DNA from: an uncultured Candidatus Binatia bacterium
GTDB lineage: Bacteria > Desulfobacterota > Binatia > Bin18
Assembly: GCA_965200965.1 (NCBI GenBank)
Contig: OZ241744.1
Coordinates: forward strand, 384,001 to 448,000
DNA length: 64,000 bases
Direction of reading: 5' to 3'
Shown: one piece after another, positions 8,668-19,988 of the stretch
How positions within the stretch are numbered: the first letter of the stretch is position 1
How the letters are laid out: each line of letters opens with the position of its first letter
Notes under the pieces: generated by a model
Seen by the model: the letters and a program-made list of their open reading frames with translations, nothing else
The model's database searches: none
What the model was told of the DNA's origin: nothing
Translations under genes and position numbers: made by a program

Positions 8668-10792
8668 TTGACGGTGTTCAGCGTGCGGATTGTCATAGAC
8701 TGGACCGTGTGGGTCCGGCTGCTCGTGGCCCCGTCGAGCTATCTGTTGGTGCTGGCTCTGCTGGCCACGGGAATTGCCAAGACGGTCAGCCTGCTGGCCC
8801 TCCGGCCAGCGGTTGAGTGGTGGGCACTGCCCAGCGCAGTCTTGCTTGACTGCGCAGTGTTCATGGGGCTGGCGGGGGCCTTTGCCTGGTGTGAAGCGTC
8901 TGTACGCTTCGCCGCCTGCGTGACTGTCCCCGTGGTCGCGGTCGTGACTGTGGTGGCTGCCCTTAACGCCGTCTACCTGACTGGTACCGGCGAACAGTGG
9001 AGTTGGTTTATTATCGAGATACTCGTCAAGCAGTCGGCTGAGGCCGAAACGGTAGTGCGCGGCACTCTTACGCCCCTGCTCGTGGTCTGGCTTGGGCTGG
9101 TGGTCATGCTACTCGTTTGTATGTCCCTAGCCCTGCGTCTGCTGCTGCGGCATCACACGGGAGCCTGGTACCGGCGCGGTCACGGTCGGGCGCGGGCCTG
9201 CTGTGCGTGGCTGTTGGCCGTGCCGGCCGCACTGCTGAGCTACGCGCTGCCCCCTCCGGGTTCGGGCGGCGTGCGCAGCCTGGAAAAGAATGTGCTTGTC
9301 ACTATCGCCCGGACCGCGGTCCGCCGGTTCGACACGGGCGGCTTCACCGGCTATGAGCACAAGCGCTTGGTGAGCGACACCGCCATAGATGCCTTCGCGT
9401 CGGGCGCACGTCCAAATGTGCTGTTTTATTTGCTTGAATCGACGCGCTACGACCACACCTCATTGGCCCCAGTCGGAATGCGACAGGCCGAGACGCCGGT
9501 CCTCGCCCAGTTAGCTGCGCGGGCCGTGGTGGGCCATCAGGTCCGCGCCGTGTTGCCGCACACCACCAAGTCGCTGTTCTCGATACTGTGCGCGCGGCTC
9601 CCCACGATGCAGCGGGGCGTGATTGAGGTTTCGCACAATCCGGGGCTTCAGTGTCTTCCGTCTATCTTGCGGCGCGCCGGCTACCGCACGGCGTTTTTTC
9701 AGAGCGCGTTCGGCTCCTTTGAGCAGCGGCCACGGCTGGTCAAGAACTTCGGTTACGAACACTTCGAGGCGTGGGAGGACCTCCGGGGTGCGGGAGGGGG
9801 AGAGGTCCTCGGCTACTTGGCCTCGGAAGACGACGCGTTAGCCCCGGCGTTGGCCCGTTGGCTCGACGCGGGTGACGGTTCGCACCCCTTTTTCGCCACG
9901 CTCCTCACCTCGGCGGCCCACCACCCGTACCCAGTTACCACGCAAACTCCGCTCGCGCCTCGCCGGAGGGCAGCCGACTGAGACACCGGCGCAGCGCTAC
10001 GCACATCTGGTGGAAGAAGCCGACCGGGTGTTGGGTCTTCTACTCGAGGTGTTGCGCGAGCGGAAGCTCCTTGACGACACCCTGATCCTGGTGGTCGGAG
10101 ACCACGGCGAGGGATTTGGCGATCAGGTTGTGCTCCACCATGACAACAACTGGTTTGAAGAAGGGTTGCGGGTCCCGCTGGTGTTGGCGGGACTTGGCAT
10201 CACACCGGGGCGCATTGACCAAAATGTCAGTCTGATTGATATCACGCCTACGCTGCTCGCCCATTGGGACATAGAGATTGTGCCCGAGTTGCGCGGCAGA
10301 CTGTTGGGACGTGATTTTCTTGAGCCCGGGTTTGACACCCGCGGGATCCCGCGTTTTTTTGGCTGTTCCAGTGCCATGCGCTGCCGTGGTTTCGTGCTTG
10401 ATCGGTATAAGCTGGTCTATATGCCGGAACACGATGAGACTTGGGTTTTCGACTTGGCCGCCGACCCCGACGAGCGCACGCCCCGCGTGGCCGATGACGA
10501 TCTCCTCAAACATGTTGGGCGCTTGCACACACTCATTGACGGCCATCGCACATCTGAGTGGCGGATGGTGTATGAGGAGGTTGCCTATGGTGACTGGCTC
10601 TGTCCCGAGGGGGTGGATCAATGTTGGCATCCAGAGGCGACGGATGTGCGGTATCGGCTCAAGGTTGAGGAGGGCAAGCGGGCTTTTGACCCGCTTGGAG
10701 TGAAGGCGTGTGGACATTTGGGCTTCTCCTGGCTGGAAAGTCCTGATTCCCCTGCAACTGTGGTGAAATGCAAGACGAACGGGTTGTGGTGA
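8668..10792 (+). pseudogene. Membrane-anchored sulfatase/LTA-synthase-like protein, frameshift near 9940-9980
   Basis: TM N-terminus; RPNVLFYLLES; PHTTKS; HHPY in one frame; DDTLILVVGDHGEGF...LRVPL in the next frame. Confidence 0.75.
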
Positions 10793-11019
10793 GCGATGCT
10801 GCTGTGACCAAGTGCATGAGGAAGACAGCGCCCACGAGGTGAAGCCTTGGGACTATAGTCATGCTTGACCACGTTACGCTGGTACGGTTGGCTGGTCAGT
10901 GCGGACCTGGAGAGCGGCCCCGAGCGGCGGGGTCGGGCTAGACAGGTCTGGTGAATTTTGGCATCCTGACATGTGTTCCGACTCTGTATGAATTGAAGAA
11001 GGCTTTGGAGTAGCAGGCT

Positions 11020-11967
11020 ATGACACGACAGAAAATTGCGCTGATCGGCGCGGGGAATATCGGGGGCACCCTGGCCCACCTGTGCGCCCTCAAGGGGCTT
11101 GGCGATGTGGTTCTGTACGACGTAATTGACGGTCTGCCCCAGGGCAAGGCGCTCGATCTGCTCGAAGCCGGCCCAATTGAGGGCTATGACGTGAACCTGA
11201 CCGGGACTACCAGTTATAGCGACATCCAGGATGCCGACGTGTGCATCGTGACCGCCGGCGTGGCCCGCAAGCCGGGCATGAGCCGGGATGATCTGCTGGG
11301 CATCAACTGCAAGATCATGCGCGAGGTCTCGGAGAATATTGCCAAGTATGCGCCGCAGAGCTTTCTGATCGTGATTACCAACCCGCTCGACGCGATGGTA
11401 ACGCTGGCCAAACGGGTCACCGGCTTCCCCAAAAACCGGGTCGTCGGTCAGGCCGGGGTGCTGGACTCGTCGCGCTACCGGACCTTTATCGCCCAGGAGC
11501 TAAAGGTGTCGGTCAGAAATGTGACGGCTATGGTCTTGGGCGGCCACGGTGACGACATGGTGCCAGTGCGCAGCTACTGCCAAGTCGGCGGTATCCCGAT
11601 TGAGCGGCTGATCCGGGCCGAGCGGCTTGGCGAGATTGAGAATCGGGTGCGTCAGGCCGGCGGCGAAATTGTGGCTCTGCTCAAGACCGGCTCGGCTTTC
11701 TATTCGCCGGCCTCGGCCGCGGTTCAGATGACCGAAGCCTATCTGTACGACAAGAAACACATCCTGCCCTGCGCCGCCTACCTCGAAGGCGAGTATGGGA
11801 TTGAGGGGGTATATTTTGGCGTGCCGGTGAGCATCGGGGCCGGGGGGGTTGAGCGGGTGGTGGACATTGCGCTGAGTGACAAAGAGAAGCAGGAGATGCA
11901 GGTGTCGGTCAGCCATGTGCAGGAACTCGTCGCCGCTATGGATACGGTGTTGGCGCAAAACGCCTAG
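11020..11967 (+). CDS. mdh: Malate dehydrogenase (LDH-like)
   Basis: IGAGNIG; [19 protein letters not shown]; LGGHGD; LKTGSAFY. Confidence 0.96.
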   Translation: MTRQKIALIGAGNIGGTLAHLCALKGLGDVVLYDVIDGLPQGKALDLLEAGPIEGYDVNLTGTTSYSDIQDADVCIVTAGVARKPGMSRDDLLGINCKIMREVSENIAKYAPQSFLIVITNPLDAMVTLAKRVTGFPKNRVVGQAGVLDSSRYRTFIAQELKVSVRNVTAMVLGGHGDDMVPVRSYCQVGGIPIERLIRAERLGEIENRVRQAGGEIVALLKTGSAFYSPASAAVQMTEAYLYDKKHILPCAAYLEGEYGIEGVYFGVPVSIGAGGVERVVDIALSDKEKQEMQVSVSHVQELVAAMDTVLAQNA

Positions 11968-11982
11968 ACGCGAAGGGAAGAT

Positions 11983-13737
11983 ATGGCACCGGTGCATGAC
12001 ATTCTTATTGTCGGGGGGGGCGGAGCCGGGCTTCGGGCCGCTATTGCCGTGGCCGAAATCAACCCGCAGCTTGACATCGCCCTGGTCTCCAAGGTCTACC
12101 CGATGCGCAGCCATACGGTTGCGGCTGAGGGCGGTACGGCCGCGGTCATCAGAGACAACGACAGTATCGAAGATCATATTAACGATACGATCACCGGCTC
12201 CGACTGGATGGCCGACCAGGATGCGGTTGAGTTGTTTGTCAACGAAGCGCCGGCCGAGCTGATCCAGTTGGAGCACTGGGGTTGCCCGTGGAGCCGTGAG
12301 CCGGACGGCCGGGTTGCAGTGCGGCCGTTTGGCGGGATGCGGATTGAGCGGACCTGGTTTGCCGCGGACAAGACCGGCTTCCACCTGCTGCACGCCCTAT
12401 TCCAGACCTCGCTGCAATACACCTCAATCACCCGCTATGACGAGTGTTTTGCCACCAAGCTGTTGGTTGAGAACAGCCGCTGCCAGGGCGTGACTGCGCT
12501 GGAGATGCGCACCGGCATGGTCCAGCCGGTGCTGGCCAAGGCGGTCATCATGTGTACTGGCGGGGCCGGTCGGATCTTTCCCTTTACGACCAACGGGGCG
12601 ATCAAGACCGGCGATGGCATGGCCCTGGCTTACCGGGCCGGGGTGCCGCTCAAAGACATGGAGTTCGTCCAATACCACCCGACCGGCCTGCCGGGGACAG
12701 GCATCCTGATTACCGAGGCGGCCCGGGGCGAGGGCGGTATTCTGGTCAACAAAGACGGCTACCGTTACTTGCAGGACTACGACCTGGGCAAGCCGCTGGA
12801 TGTGAACGACCCGGCCCATCCGCAGAAACGGACGATGGAGTTGGGGCCGCGTGACAAACTGTCGCAGTGCTTTGTCAAAGAGCACGACAAGGGCAACACC
12901 CTGCCAGGCCCCTACGGGAATGTGGTTCACCTTGATGTCCGCCACCTTGGCGAGGAAAAAATCGACAAGAAGATCCCCTTTGTCCGCGAGTTGGCCAAGA
13001 ACTATGCTGGGATTGATCCGGTCTATGAGCCGATTCCGGTCCGGCCGGTGGTGCATTACATGATGGGCGGGATTCATACCGATATTGAGGCGGCAACCCC
13101 GCTGCCGGGCCTGTTCGCCGCGGGCGAGTGCGCCTGCGTCAGCATCAACGGGGCCAACCGGCTCGGCTCAAACTCGCTCACCGAACTGCTGGTGTTTGGG
13201 GCCCGGGCCGGCCGGGCTGCGGCGACCTTTGCCCAGGAACAGCCGGCGTGTGACACCTCAGCTCTTGAGACCCAGGTGAGAGACGAGCAGACCCGCATTG
13301 AGCGCCAGTTCATCACCAAGACCGACGGCGGCGAGCGGATTGCCAGCCTGCGGGCCGAGATGACGGCCACGATGGAGGCCGGGGCCGGCATTTATCGGAC
13401 CCGGGACTCGCTGCAAGCCACCTGCGACAAGGTGTCCGAGTTGAAAGAGCGCTTTGCCAATATCACCCTGGACGACCGCAGTTTGACCTTCAACACCGAG
13501 TTGACCGCAGCCCTGGAGTTGGAATGTATGCTGGACATAGCCGAAGCCGTGGCCTATTCAGCGGTCGCCCGCACAGAGTCGCGCGGCTCTCATCAGCGCA
13601 CAGACTACCCCAAGCGCGACGATGACAACTTCCTGCGTCACTCAATGGCCTACCGCGCCGCCGGCCCGCCGCGCATAGAGTACCGGGATGTGGTCATCAC
13701 CCGCTGGCCACCCGCGGAACGAAAATATGGAGATTGA
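11983..13737 (+). CDS. frdA: Fumarate reductase flavoprotein subunit
   Basis: [16 protein letters not shown] (E. coli FrdA-type); QYHPT; HYMMGG; [10 protein letters not shown]. Confidence 0.92.
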   Translation: MAPVHDILIVGGGGAGLRAAIAVAEINPQLDIALVSKVYPMRSHTVAAEGGTAAVIRDNDSIEDHINDTITGSDWMADQDAVELFVNEAPAELIQLEHWGCPWSREPDGRVAVRPFGGMRIERTWFAADKTGFHLLHALFQTSLQYTSITRYDECFATKLLVENSRCQGVTALEMRTGMVQPVLAKAVIMCTGGAGRIFPFTTNGAIKTGDGMALAYRAGVPLKDMEFVQYHPTGLPGTGILITEAARGEGGILVNKDGYRYLQDYDLGKPLDVNDPAHPQKRTMELGPRDKLSQCFVKEHDKGNTLPGPYGNVVHLDVRHLGEEKIDKKIPFVRELAKNYAGIDPVYEPIPVRPVVHYMMGGIHTDIEAATPLPGLFAAGECACVSINGANRLGSNSLTELLVFGARAGRAAATFAQEQPACDTSALETQVRDEQTRIERQFITKTDGGERIASLRAEMTATMEAGAGIYRTRDSLQATCDKVSELKERFANITLDDRSLTFNTELTAALELECMLDIAEAVAYSAVARTESRGSHQRTDYPKRDDDNFLRHSMAYRAAGPPRIEYRDVVITRWPPAERKYGD

Positions 13738-13739
13738 CA

Positions 13740-14486
13740 ATGGCTGAGCGCAGCATCACGCTGGAGGTCTTCCGCTACCGGCCGGAGGCCACCCCAGAGC
13801 CGACCTTCCAGACCTACACCGTGCCCTACCGTGAAGACTGGGTTGTCCTGGACGCCCTGAACTATCTCAAGGACGAGGTAGACGGCAGTCTGTCCTACCG
13901 CTGGTCGTGCCATATGGGCGTCTGCGGCAGTTGCGGCATGATGATTAACAACGAGCCTAAGCTGAGTTGCGCGGCTTTTCTCAGAGACTACTACCCGGAC
14001 CCGGTCCGGGTTGAACCACTGGCCAACTTTCCGGTTGAGCGGGATTTGGTCGTCAACATGGACGACTTCATGGCCAAACTCAAGGATGTCCAGCCCTGGA
14101 TCATCCGCGACGAAGAAAAACCGGTTGCCGAGGGCGAGTATTTGCAGACGCCGGCCGAACTGGCCAGCTATAAACAGTTCAGCATGTGCATCAACTGCAT
14201 GCTGTGCTACGCCGCCTGCCCGGTGTACGGCCTGGACTCGTCTTTTGTCGGCCCAGCGGCCATTGCCCTGGCCCAGCGCTACAACCTCGACTCCCGCGAC
14301 CAGGGCAAGGACGCCCGGCAAGAGGTCATCTCCAGCCACGAAGGTGTGTGGGAGTGTACCTTTGTGAGCGAGTGTTCTGTGGTCTGTCCCAAACATGTAG
14401 ACCCCGCGGGCGCAATTCAGCAGGCCAAGGCGTCCGGGGCGATTGACTGGTTTAAGTCCATGCTGCTGCCGAGGGGGTCGCAATGA
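13740..14486 (+). CDS. frdB: Fumarate reductase iron-sulfur subunit
   Basis: [15 protein letters not shown]; [12 protein letters not shown]; [13 protein letters not shown]. Confidence 0.92.
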   Translation: MAERSITLEVFRYRPEATPEPTFQTYTVPYREDWVVLDALNYLKDEVDGSLSYRWSCHMGVCGSCGMMINNEPKLSCAAFLRDYYPDPVRVEPLANFPVERDLVVNMDDFMAKLKDVQPWIIRDEEKPVAEGEYLQTPAELASYKQFSMCINCMLCYAACPVYGLDSSFVGPAAIALAQRYNLDSRDQGKDARQEVISSHEGVWECTFVSECSVVCPKHVDPAGAIQQAKASGAIDWFKSMLLPRGSQ

Positions 14487-14866
14487 CTGAACCCTACCAC
14501 CGCCCGATATCCGCCAGCACTTGGTGGCTCGCCAAGCGCAACTATGTGCTGTTCATGCTGCGCGAGTTGACCAGCGTGTTGATCGCCGCCTTTCTGGTGG
14601 TCTATCTCAGGCAGCTTGGCGCGCTGGCCGAGGGGGCCGAAGCCTACGCCGCCGCGGCAGAGCGGCTGGCCTCACCGGGCTGGATTGTTTTTCATCTCCT
14701 GGCGCTGCTGGCCGCCCTCTACCACAGCATCACCTGGTTCAACCTGACCCCCCAGGTCATTATTGTCCGCCGGGGAGAAGACCGTGTGCCGCCGGTTGTC
14801 ATCGCCGGCTCCCACTATCTGGCCTGGTTGGTGGCCTCGGTGGTGGTTGCCTGGATTGTTCTGTAG
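14483..14866 (+). CDS. frdC: Fumarate reductase anchor subunit C
   Basis: WW...FMLRELT; [10 protein letters not shown]; three TM helices; operon position. Confidence 0.85.
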   Translation: MTEPYHRPISASTWWLAKRNYVLFMLRELTSVLIAAFLVVYLRQLGALAEGAEAYAAAAERLASPGWIVFHLLALLAALYHSITWFNLTPQVIIVRRGEDRVPPVVIAGSHYLAWLVASVVVAWIVL

Positions 14867-14877
14867 GAGTTGACGAT

Positions 14878-15213
14878 ATGGCCAAGTCGGGCGAAGCGTT
14901 TTGGTGGTCCCTGTTTTCTGCCGGGGGAATGGTTGCCGCTCTGCTGGTGCCGATCCATATCGTGCTGGGCGGCCTCGCCGCTCCCCTGGGCTGGGTATCC
15001 GCGGAAGACTTGGCCGGCCTAGCCTCCCATCCGCTGGCCAAGCTCTATCTGCTGGTCTTCTTCTCATTGACGTTTTTCCACTGTGTGCATCGCATCCGCC
15101 ATACCCTGTACGATACGGGCCTGCGCGCCTACCAGACACCGATTGCGGTCGTCTGCTATGGCGCGGCCATCCTTGGCACGGTGGCGACTGTCTTTGTCCT
15201 GCTGGCGATTTAG
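14878..15213 (+). CDS. frdD: Fumarate reductase anchor subunit D
   Basis: [16 protein letters not shown]; HRIRHTLYD; operon position. Confidence 0.85.
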   Translation: MAKSGEAFWWSLFSAGGMVAALLVPIHIVLGGLAAPLGWVSAEDLAGLASHPLAKLYLLVFFSLTFFHCVHRIRHTLYDTGLRAYQTPIAVVCYGAAILGTVATVFVLLAI

Positions 15214-15227
15214 GCGAAGGGGTGTGT

Positions 15228-16625
15228 ATGAAAACGAGAACCGAGACGGATAGCATGGGAGCAGTCAAGGTTGCCGCTGACCGCTACTGGGGTGCTCAGA
15301 CCGAGCGCTCGCGCACCAACTTCCCGATTGGCGTTGAGCGTTTCCGGTTTACCCGGGCGATCATCCGGGCGATGGGCGTGCTCAAGAAGGGTGCGGCCCT
15401 GGCCAACGGCGAACTGGGCCAGTTGCCCCAGGACAAGGTAGACCTGATCGTCCGGGCGGCCGACGAGGTGATCTCCGGCACGCTTGACGAGCACTTTCCG
15501 CTGGTCGTCTTCCAGACCGGCTCGGGCACCCAGACTAATATGAACACCAACGAGGTCATCTCAAACCGGGCCATTGAACTGGCCGACGGGGAGATGGGCT
15601 CAAAAAAACCGATCCATCCCAACGACGATGTGAACCGTGGCCAGAGCTCCAACGATACCTTTCCGACCGCCATGCACATCGCCGCGGTTGAGCAGCTCGA
15701 AGATGTGCTGATTCCGGCTGTCAGCCAACTCGCCGCCACCCTGCACACCAAGTCCGAGCAGTTCAGCGATGTGGTTAAGGTCGGTCGCACCCATTTGCAG
15801 GACGCTACCCCGATCACCCTCGGCCAGGAGATCGGCGGCTGGGCCGCCCAGCTTGACGCCGCCTTAGCCGATGTGCGGCGGACTATTCCCGGTCTGTGTG
15901 AGCTGGCGATTGGCGGGACCGCGGTCGGCACCGGCCTCAACGCCCATCCCCAGTTTGGCAACTTGGCCGCGGCCAAGATGGCGGCCGAGACCGGCCGGCC
16001 GTTCATCTCAGCCCCCAACAAGTTTGCCGCCCTGTCGGCCCATGACGCGATGGTCACGGCCAGCGCCTCGTTGCGCACCCTGGCCGGGGCCTTAATGAAG
16101 ATCGCCAACGATGTGCGCTGGCTGGCCTGCGGCCCGCGGGCCGGCATTGGCGAGATTTTCATCCCCGAGAACGAACCGGGCTCGTCCATCATGCCCGGCA
16201 AGGTCAACCCGACCCAGTCAGAGGCCCTGACGATGGTTGCCGTGCAGGTGTTCGGCAACGATGCCGCGGTGGCCTTTGGCGGCTCACAGGGTAACTTTCA
16301 ACTCAATGTGTTCAAGCCGGTGATGGTTCATAACGTGCTGGAGTCGGTCCAGCTTATTGCCGACGCCTGCCGGGCCTTCCACGACCACTGCGCGGTCGGC
16401 ATTGGGCCGAACAGGGAGCGGATCGACAGGCATCTCCAGGAATCGCTGATGGTGGTGACTGCCCTCAACCCCCATATCGGCTATGAGAAGGCGGCGGAGA
16501 TCGCCAAGAAGGCGCATCAGGACGGCTCAAGTCTCAGGCAGGCGGCCCTGGCCTTGGCCCATGTGACGGCTGAGGAGTACGATCAATGGGTCCGACCCGA
16601 AGATATGGTCGGACCCAAGGGCTGA
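15228..16625 (+). CDS. fumC: Fumarate hydratase class II
   Basis: RTETDSMG; [11 protein letters not shown]; GRTHLQDA; [11 protein letters not shown]. Confidence 0.96.
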   Translation: MKTRTETDSMGAVKVAADRYWGAQTERSRTNFPIGVERFRFTRAIIRAMGVLKKGAALANGELGQLPQDKVDLIVRAADEVISGTLDEHFPLVVFQTGSGTQTNMNTNEVISNRAIELADGEMGSKKPIHPNDDVNRGQSSNDTFPTAMHIAAVEQLEDVLIPAVSQLAATLHTKSEQFSDVVKVGRTHLQDATPITLGQEIGGWAAQLDAALADVRRTIPGLCELAIGGTAVGTGLNAHPQFGNLAAAKMAAETGRPFISAPNKFAALSAHDAMVTASASLRTLAGALMKIANDVRWLACGPRAGIGEIFIPENEPGSSIMPGKVNPTQSEALTMVAVQVFGNDAAVAFGGSQGNFQLNVFKPVMVHNVLESVQLIADACRAFHDHCAVGIGPNRERIDRHLQESLMVVTALNPHIGYEKAAEIAKKAHQDGSSLRQAALALAHVTAEEYDQWVRPEDMVGPKG

Positions 16626-16628
16626 GGC

Positions 16629-16931
16629 TTAGACCGGCAGCTTGGTCATCACCTGCAGGGTTTCGTCTTCAACGCATTCTTCAATCGCCGGGGCCCATTT
16701 CTGGAACTCCGGGTCTTGCGACGCCCTCTCCAGGGTGGTTTGAACGGCGTTGGCGTCGGGCAGTTCCCACACGTCAACAACGGTGTGTAGACGCCCGATG
16801 ACGTTGAAGTAGCTGCCGTGCAACTTCCAGCCGCCGTGCTTCTCCAGCAGCGGGGCCAACTGTCCGAGCACCTCGGTAAACTTCTGAACTTTGCCCGGCC
16901 GCAGCTTGATATGAGCAAACAGATAGGCCAT
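16629..16931 (-). CDS. NIPSNAP-like dimeric alpha/beta barrel protein
   Basis: 100 aa; KLRPGK...GWKLHGSY...GRLHTVVDVW. Confidence 0.7.
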   Translation of the reverse strand: MAYLFAHIKLRPGKVQKFTEVLGQLAPLLEKHGGWKLHGSYFNVIGRLHTVVDVWELPDANAVQTTLERASQDPEFQKWAPAIEECVEDETLQVMTKLPV

Positions 16932-17194
16932 AGCGCTTCCCTCCCTGTGTGGAATGATAGAGCGACACTAGCCAAGCAGAAGCGCATCGTCAAGCTGCGT
17001 GAGGCAGCCGCGGGAGGCTGAGGGGGTGATCGGAGACCGTCCGCCAGATGTTCCTCTCTCCCTTTCCACTTCGGCCCTTTGTCCAGTGACTGCAAATACC
17101 ACGGTTACGAGCCTATTTGAGTGCTCTCCCTGATTTATCGTCACAATGAAACCGGCCTTGGTCTGTCGTGCTGCGGGCGCTATCATCCGCTGTC

Positions 17195-19135
17195 ATGCGT
17201 CGGATCGTGGACTTTTTGCTTGTCGGATTCTTCGCTCTTCTCGTTTCGCTCGTTGATGCCCGCGCGGGGTACCGGGTCGGGCAAGGGTACCCGGATGGAG
17301 GAGTGCCACAACACGACCCATTGGCCGCCCTGAGCGCTACTGCAGCAGAGATCCGGGCGGCTGACCTCCAGTTTCATATTGAGACCTTAGCCTCTGAAGA
17401 AATGGCCGGGCGGCTGACCGGCACGGCCGGCGAGCGGGCGGCGACGGCCTATGTGGCCGCCCTGTTTGCAGAGTTTGGCTTGGTGCCGGCCGGCGATGCT
17501 GGGGGCTATTTTCAGTCCTTCCCTTTTACAGCTGGGGTTTCGCTTGGACCGGACAATGGGCTGATGACGGTTCTTCTCGTCGGAGAGGGTCAGGTGCCGG
17601 CGTTGCCTGAGCAATCCTGTGAGATTGATCGGGACTGGCGTCCGTTGACCTTTTCCAAAACCGGCGATTTCGCTCCCGCCGGCGTGGTGTTTGCCGGCTA
17701 TGGCATTGTGGCTCCGTCGGTCAAGGGTCAGCCGGCCTATGACTCGTACAGCCATCTCGATGTCAGTGACAAGTGGGTGCTGGTCTTTCGGTATATGCCG
17801 GAAGGCATCAAGCAGCAGTGGCGCTCCCATCTCAGGCGCTATGCCAGTCTGCGTCGGAAAGCCATGCTGGCGCGTGACCGGGGCGCACGCGGGCTCATCA
17901 TCGTCAGCGGACCTAACGCCGGGGTCAAGGATCAGCTCGTCGGCCTGTCGTTTGACGCCTCGCTTACCGGGATGAGTATTGGGGCGCTGTCGGTCACTGA
18001 TGCGCTTGCGGCCGCTTGGCTGCGGGCTGGTGGGAAAGACCTCAAGGCCCTCCAGGACGCGCTGGATAGGGGCCGGCCGACCGCCGGCTTTGAGCTGGCT
18101 GGGCTGTGGCTGGCCGCCCGAATCGATATTCAACACGAGAAAAGAACCGGCCGTAATGTCCTGGCGCGGCTGCCGGCGGATGGGCCGGCCGGGCGTCGCC
18201 GGCTGGTCATTGGGGCGCATATCGACCATCTCGGTACCGGCCACCGGACCGATTCGCTGGCCGGCGACGAAGAAAGAGGCACCATCCATTACGGGGCTGA
18301 CGATAATGCTTCCGGTGTGGCCGGTCTGCTGGAGATCGCCCAGTATCTGGCCAGCCAAAAAGCCCGACGGCAGCTCAGGCTACAACGCGATGTGGTGTTT
18401 GCCGCCTGGTCCGGGGAAGAAATGGGTCTACTGGGGTCAAGCTATTTTACCCGGAGCTTCGAGGCCGAGGCCGCGCAAAGACCGGCCGCCTACCTGAACA
18501 TGGACATGATCGGCCGCCTGCAAGACAGCCTGATTCTCCAGGGGCTTGGTTCCAGTTCGGTCTGGCCCGGCCTCGTTGAGCAGGCCAACGCCCGGCTTGG
18601 GCTGCCTCTGACCCTGCAAGACGACAGCTATCTGGCGACCGACGCCACATCGTTTTATCTCAAGCGGGTGCCGGTGCTGAGCGCATTTACCGGCGCGCAT
18701 GAGGACTACCACACGCCGCGTGACACGGCTGATAAAATTCAGGCCCGAGGGACAGAAAAAATCACCCGGCTGATGGCGACCCTGACTGAGACCTTAGCCA
18801 CCCGTAAGGATGTGCCCGACTACCGGGAAATGGACCGACCGGCCCGTCACCTCGGGCGCGTCGGTCTGCGCGCGTATCTGGGCACAATTCCTGATTATGC
18901 CCAAGGGGATAGCGCCGGCGTCAGGCTGGCCGGGGTGGTCAAAGGCGGCCCAGCGGCCCGGGCCGGTCTGCAAGGCGGGGATATTATTATGCGGCTGGCC
19001 GGCCAGACGGTAGAAAACATCTATGATTATACCTATGCGCTGGACGGCCTACGGGTTGAGACACCGGTCGAGATCGTTGTCCAGCGGCACGGCCAGGAGG
19101 TGGTCTTCAGCATCACCCCCGGCTCCCGCGACTAA
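17195..19135 (+). CDS. Secreted M28 family peptidase with PA and PDZ domains
   Basis: Signal-like N-terminus; IGAHIDH; GADDNASG; SGEEMGLLGS; LNMDMIGR; DYHTP; C-terminal YLGTIPDY PDZ. Confidence 0.9.
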   Translation: MRRIVDFLLVGFFALLVSLVDARAGYRVGQGYPDGGVPQHDPLAALSATAAEIRAADLQFHIETLASEEMAGRLTGTAGERAATAYVAALFAEFGLVPAGDAGGYFQSFPFTAGVSLGPDNGLMTVLLVGEGQVPALPEQSCEIDRDWRPLTFSKTGDFAPAGVVFAGYGIVAPSVKGQPAYDSYSHLDVSDKWVLVFRYMPEGIKQQWRSHLRRYASLRRKAMLARDRGARGLIIVSGPNAGVKDQLVGLSFDASLTGMSIGALSVTDALAAAWLRAGGKDLKALQDALDRGRPTAGFELAGLWLAARIDIQHEKRTGRNVLARLPADGPAGRRRLVIGAHIDHLGTGHRTDSLAGDEERGTIHYGADDNASGVAGLLEIAQYLASQKARRQLRLQRDVVFAAWSGEEMGLLGSSYFTRSFEAEAAQRPAAYLNMDMIGRLQDSLILQGLGSSSVWPGLVEQANARLGLPLTLQDDSYLATDATSFYLKRVPVLSAFTGAHEDYHTPRDTADKIQARGTEKITRLMATLTETLATRKDVPDYREMDRPARHLGRVGLRAYLGTIPDYAQGDSAGVRLAGVVKGGPAARAGLQGGDIIMRLAGQTVENIYDYTYALDGLRVETPVEIVVQRHGQEVVFSITPGSRD

Positions 19136-19247
19136 GGCCGCGCCGCTCTTGACCCCCGTTCGGTTTCCGTGTTACCGTAGAAACCGCCCGTAAGGCCCTC
19201 GGAGGGTGGCCTCAGAGGGACAGCGGTACGCGGCTTGAGAGGGTTGC

Positions 19248-19988
19248 ATGAGCCCGCCCCGTTTGATTACATCGGAATGGTTTGATGCCGTGCTGTTTGA
19301 CCTTGACGGAGTCCTGACGGCAACCGCAAAGGTTCATGCCGCATGCTGGAAGCGTGCGTTTGACGAGTTTCTCCGCCGCCGGCCCGGGGCCTTTGTGGCC
19401 TTTGACCCGATCAGTGATTACCTGCGCTATGTTGACGGCAAGCCGCGCTATGAGGGAGTTCAGAGCTTTCTTGCCGCCCGCGGCCTGTCTCTGCCCTATG
19501 GCAGCCCGGACGATCCGCCCGACCGCCAGACGGTGTGTGGCCTTGGCAATCGCAAAAACACCTTCATCCAGACGGTTCTCGCCTCGGACGGGGTGGAGAC
19601 CTATCAGGACGCACTGAGCTTGCTGCGGGCCGTGCGCGCCGGCGGCCTCAAGACCGCGGTGGTGTCGTCAAGTCGCAACTGCGGGGCCATACTGGAGGCG
19701 GCCCGGATTGCCGACCTGTTTGAGTTGCGGCTCGACGGCCGGCGGGCCGCTGAGTTGGCCCTCAAGGGCAAACCGGCCCCCGACACCTTCCTGGCCGCGG
19801 CCCGCCAGCTCGGCGTTCAGCCGCCCCGGGCGGTGGTGATTGAAGACGCGCTCGTCGGCGTTGAGGCCGGCCGGACCGGTGGTTTTGGCTTGGTGGTCGG
19901 GGTGGCCCGCGGCGAAGCCGAGGCCCTGCGAGAGCACGGGGCCGATATTGTGGTCAGCGACCTGAAGGACCTGATCGCCCATGATTAG
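19248..19988 (+). CDS. Beta-phosphoglucomutase family HAD hydrolase
   Basis: FDLDGVLT; GKPAPD; VIEDA; coupled to the GH65 gene. Confidence 0.88.
   Translation: MSPPRLITSEWFDAVLFDLDGVLTATAKVHAACWKRAFDEFLRRRPGAFVAFDPISDYLRYVDGKPRYEGVQSFLAARGLSLPYGSPDDPPDRQTVCGLGNRKNTFIQTVLASDGVETYQDALSLLRAVRAGGLKTAVVSSSRNCGAILEAARIADLFELRLDGRRAAELALKGKPAPDTFLAAARQLGVQPPRAVVIEDALVGVEAGRTGGFGLVVGVARGEAEALREHGADIVVSDLKDLIAHD

Noticed and set aside
12013-12020. G8 tract in frdA as a phase-variation site
   Set aside because: In frame and encodes the conserved glycine-rich FAD-binding motif
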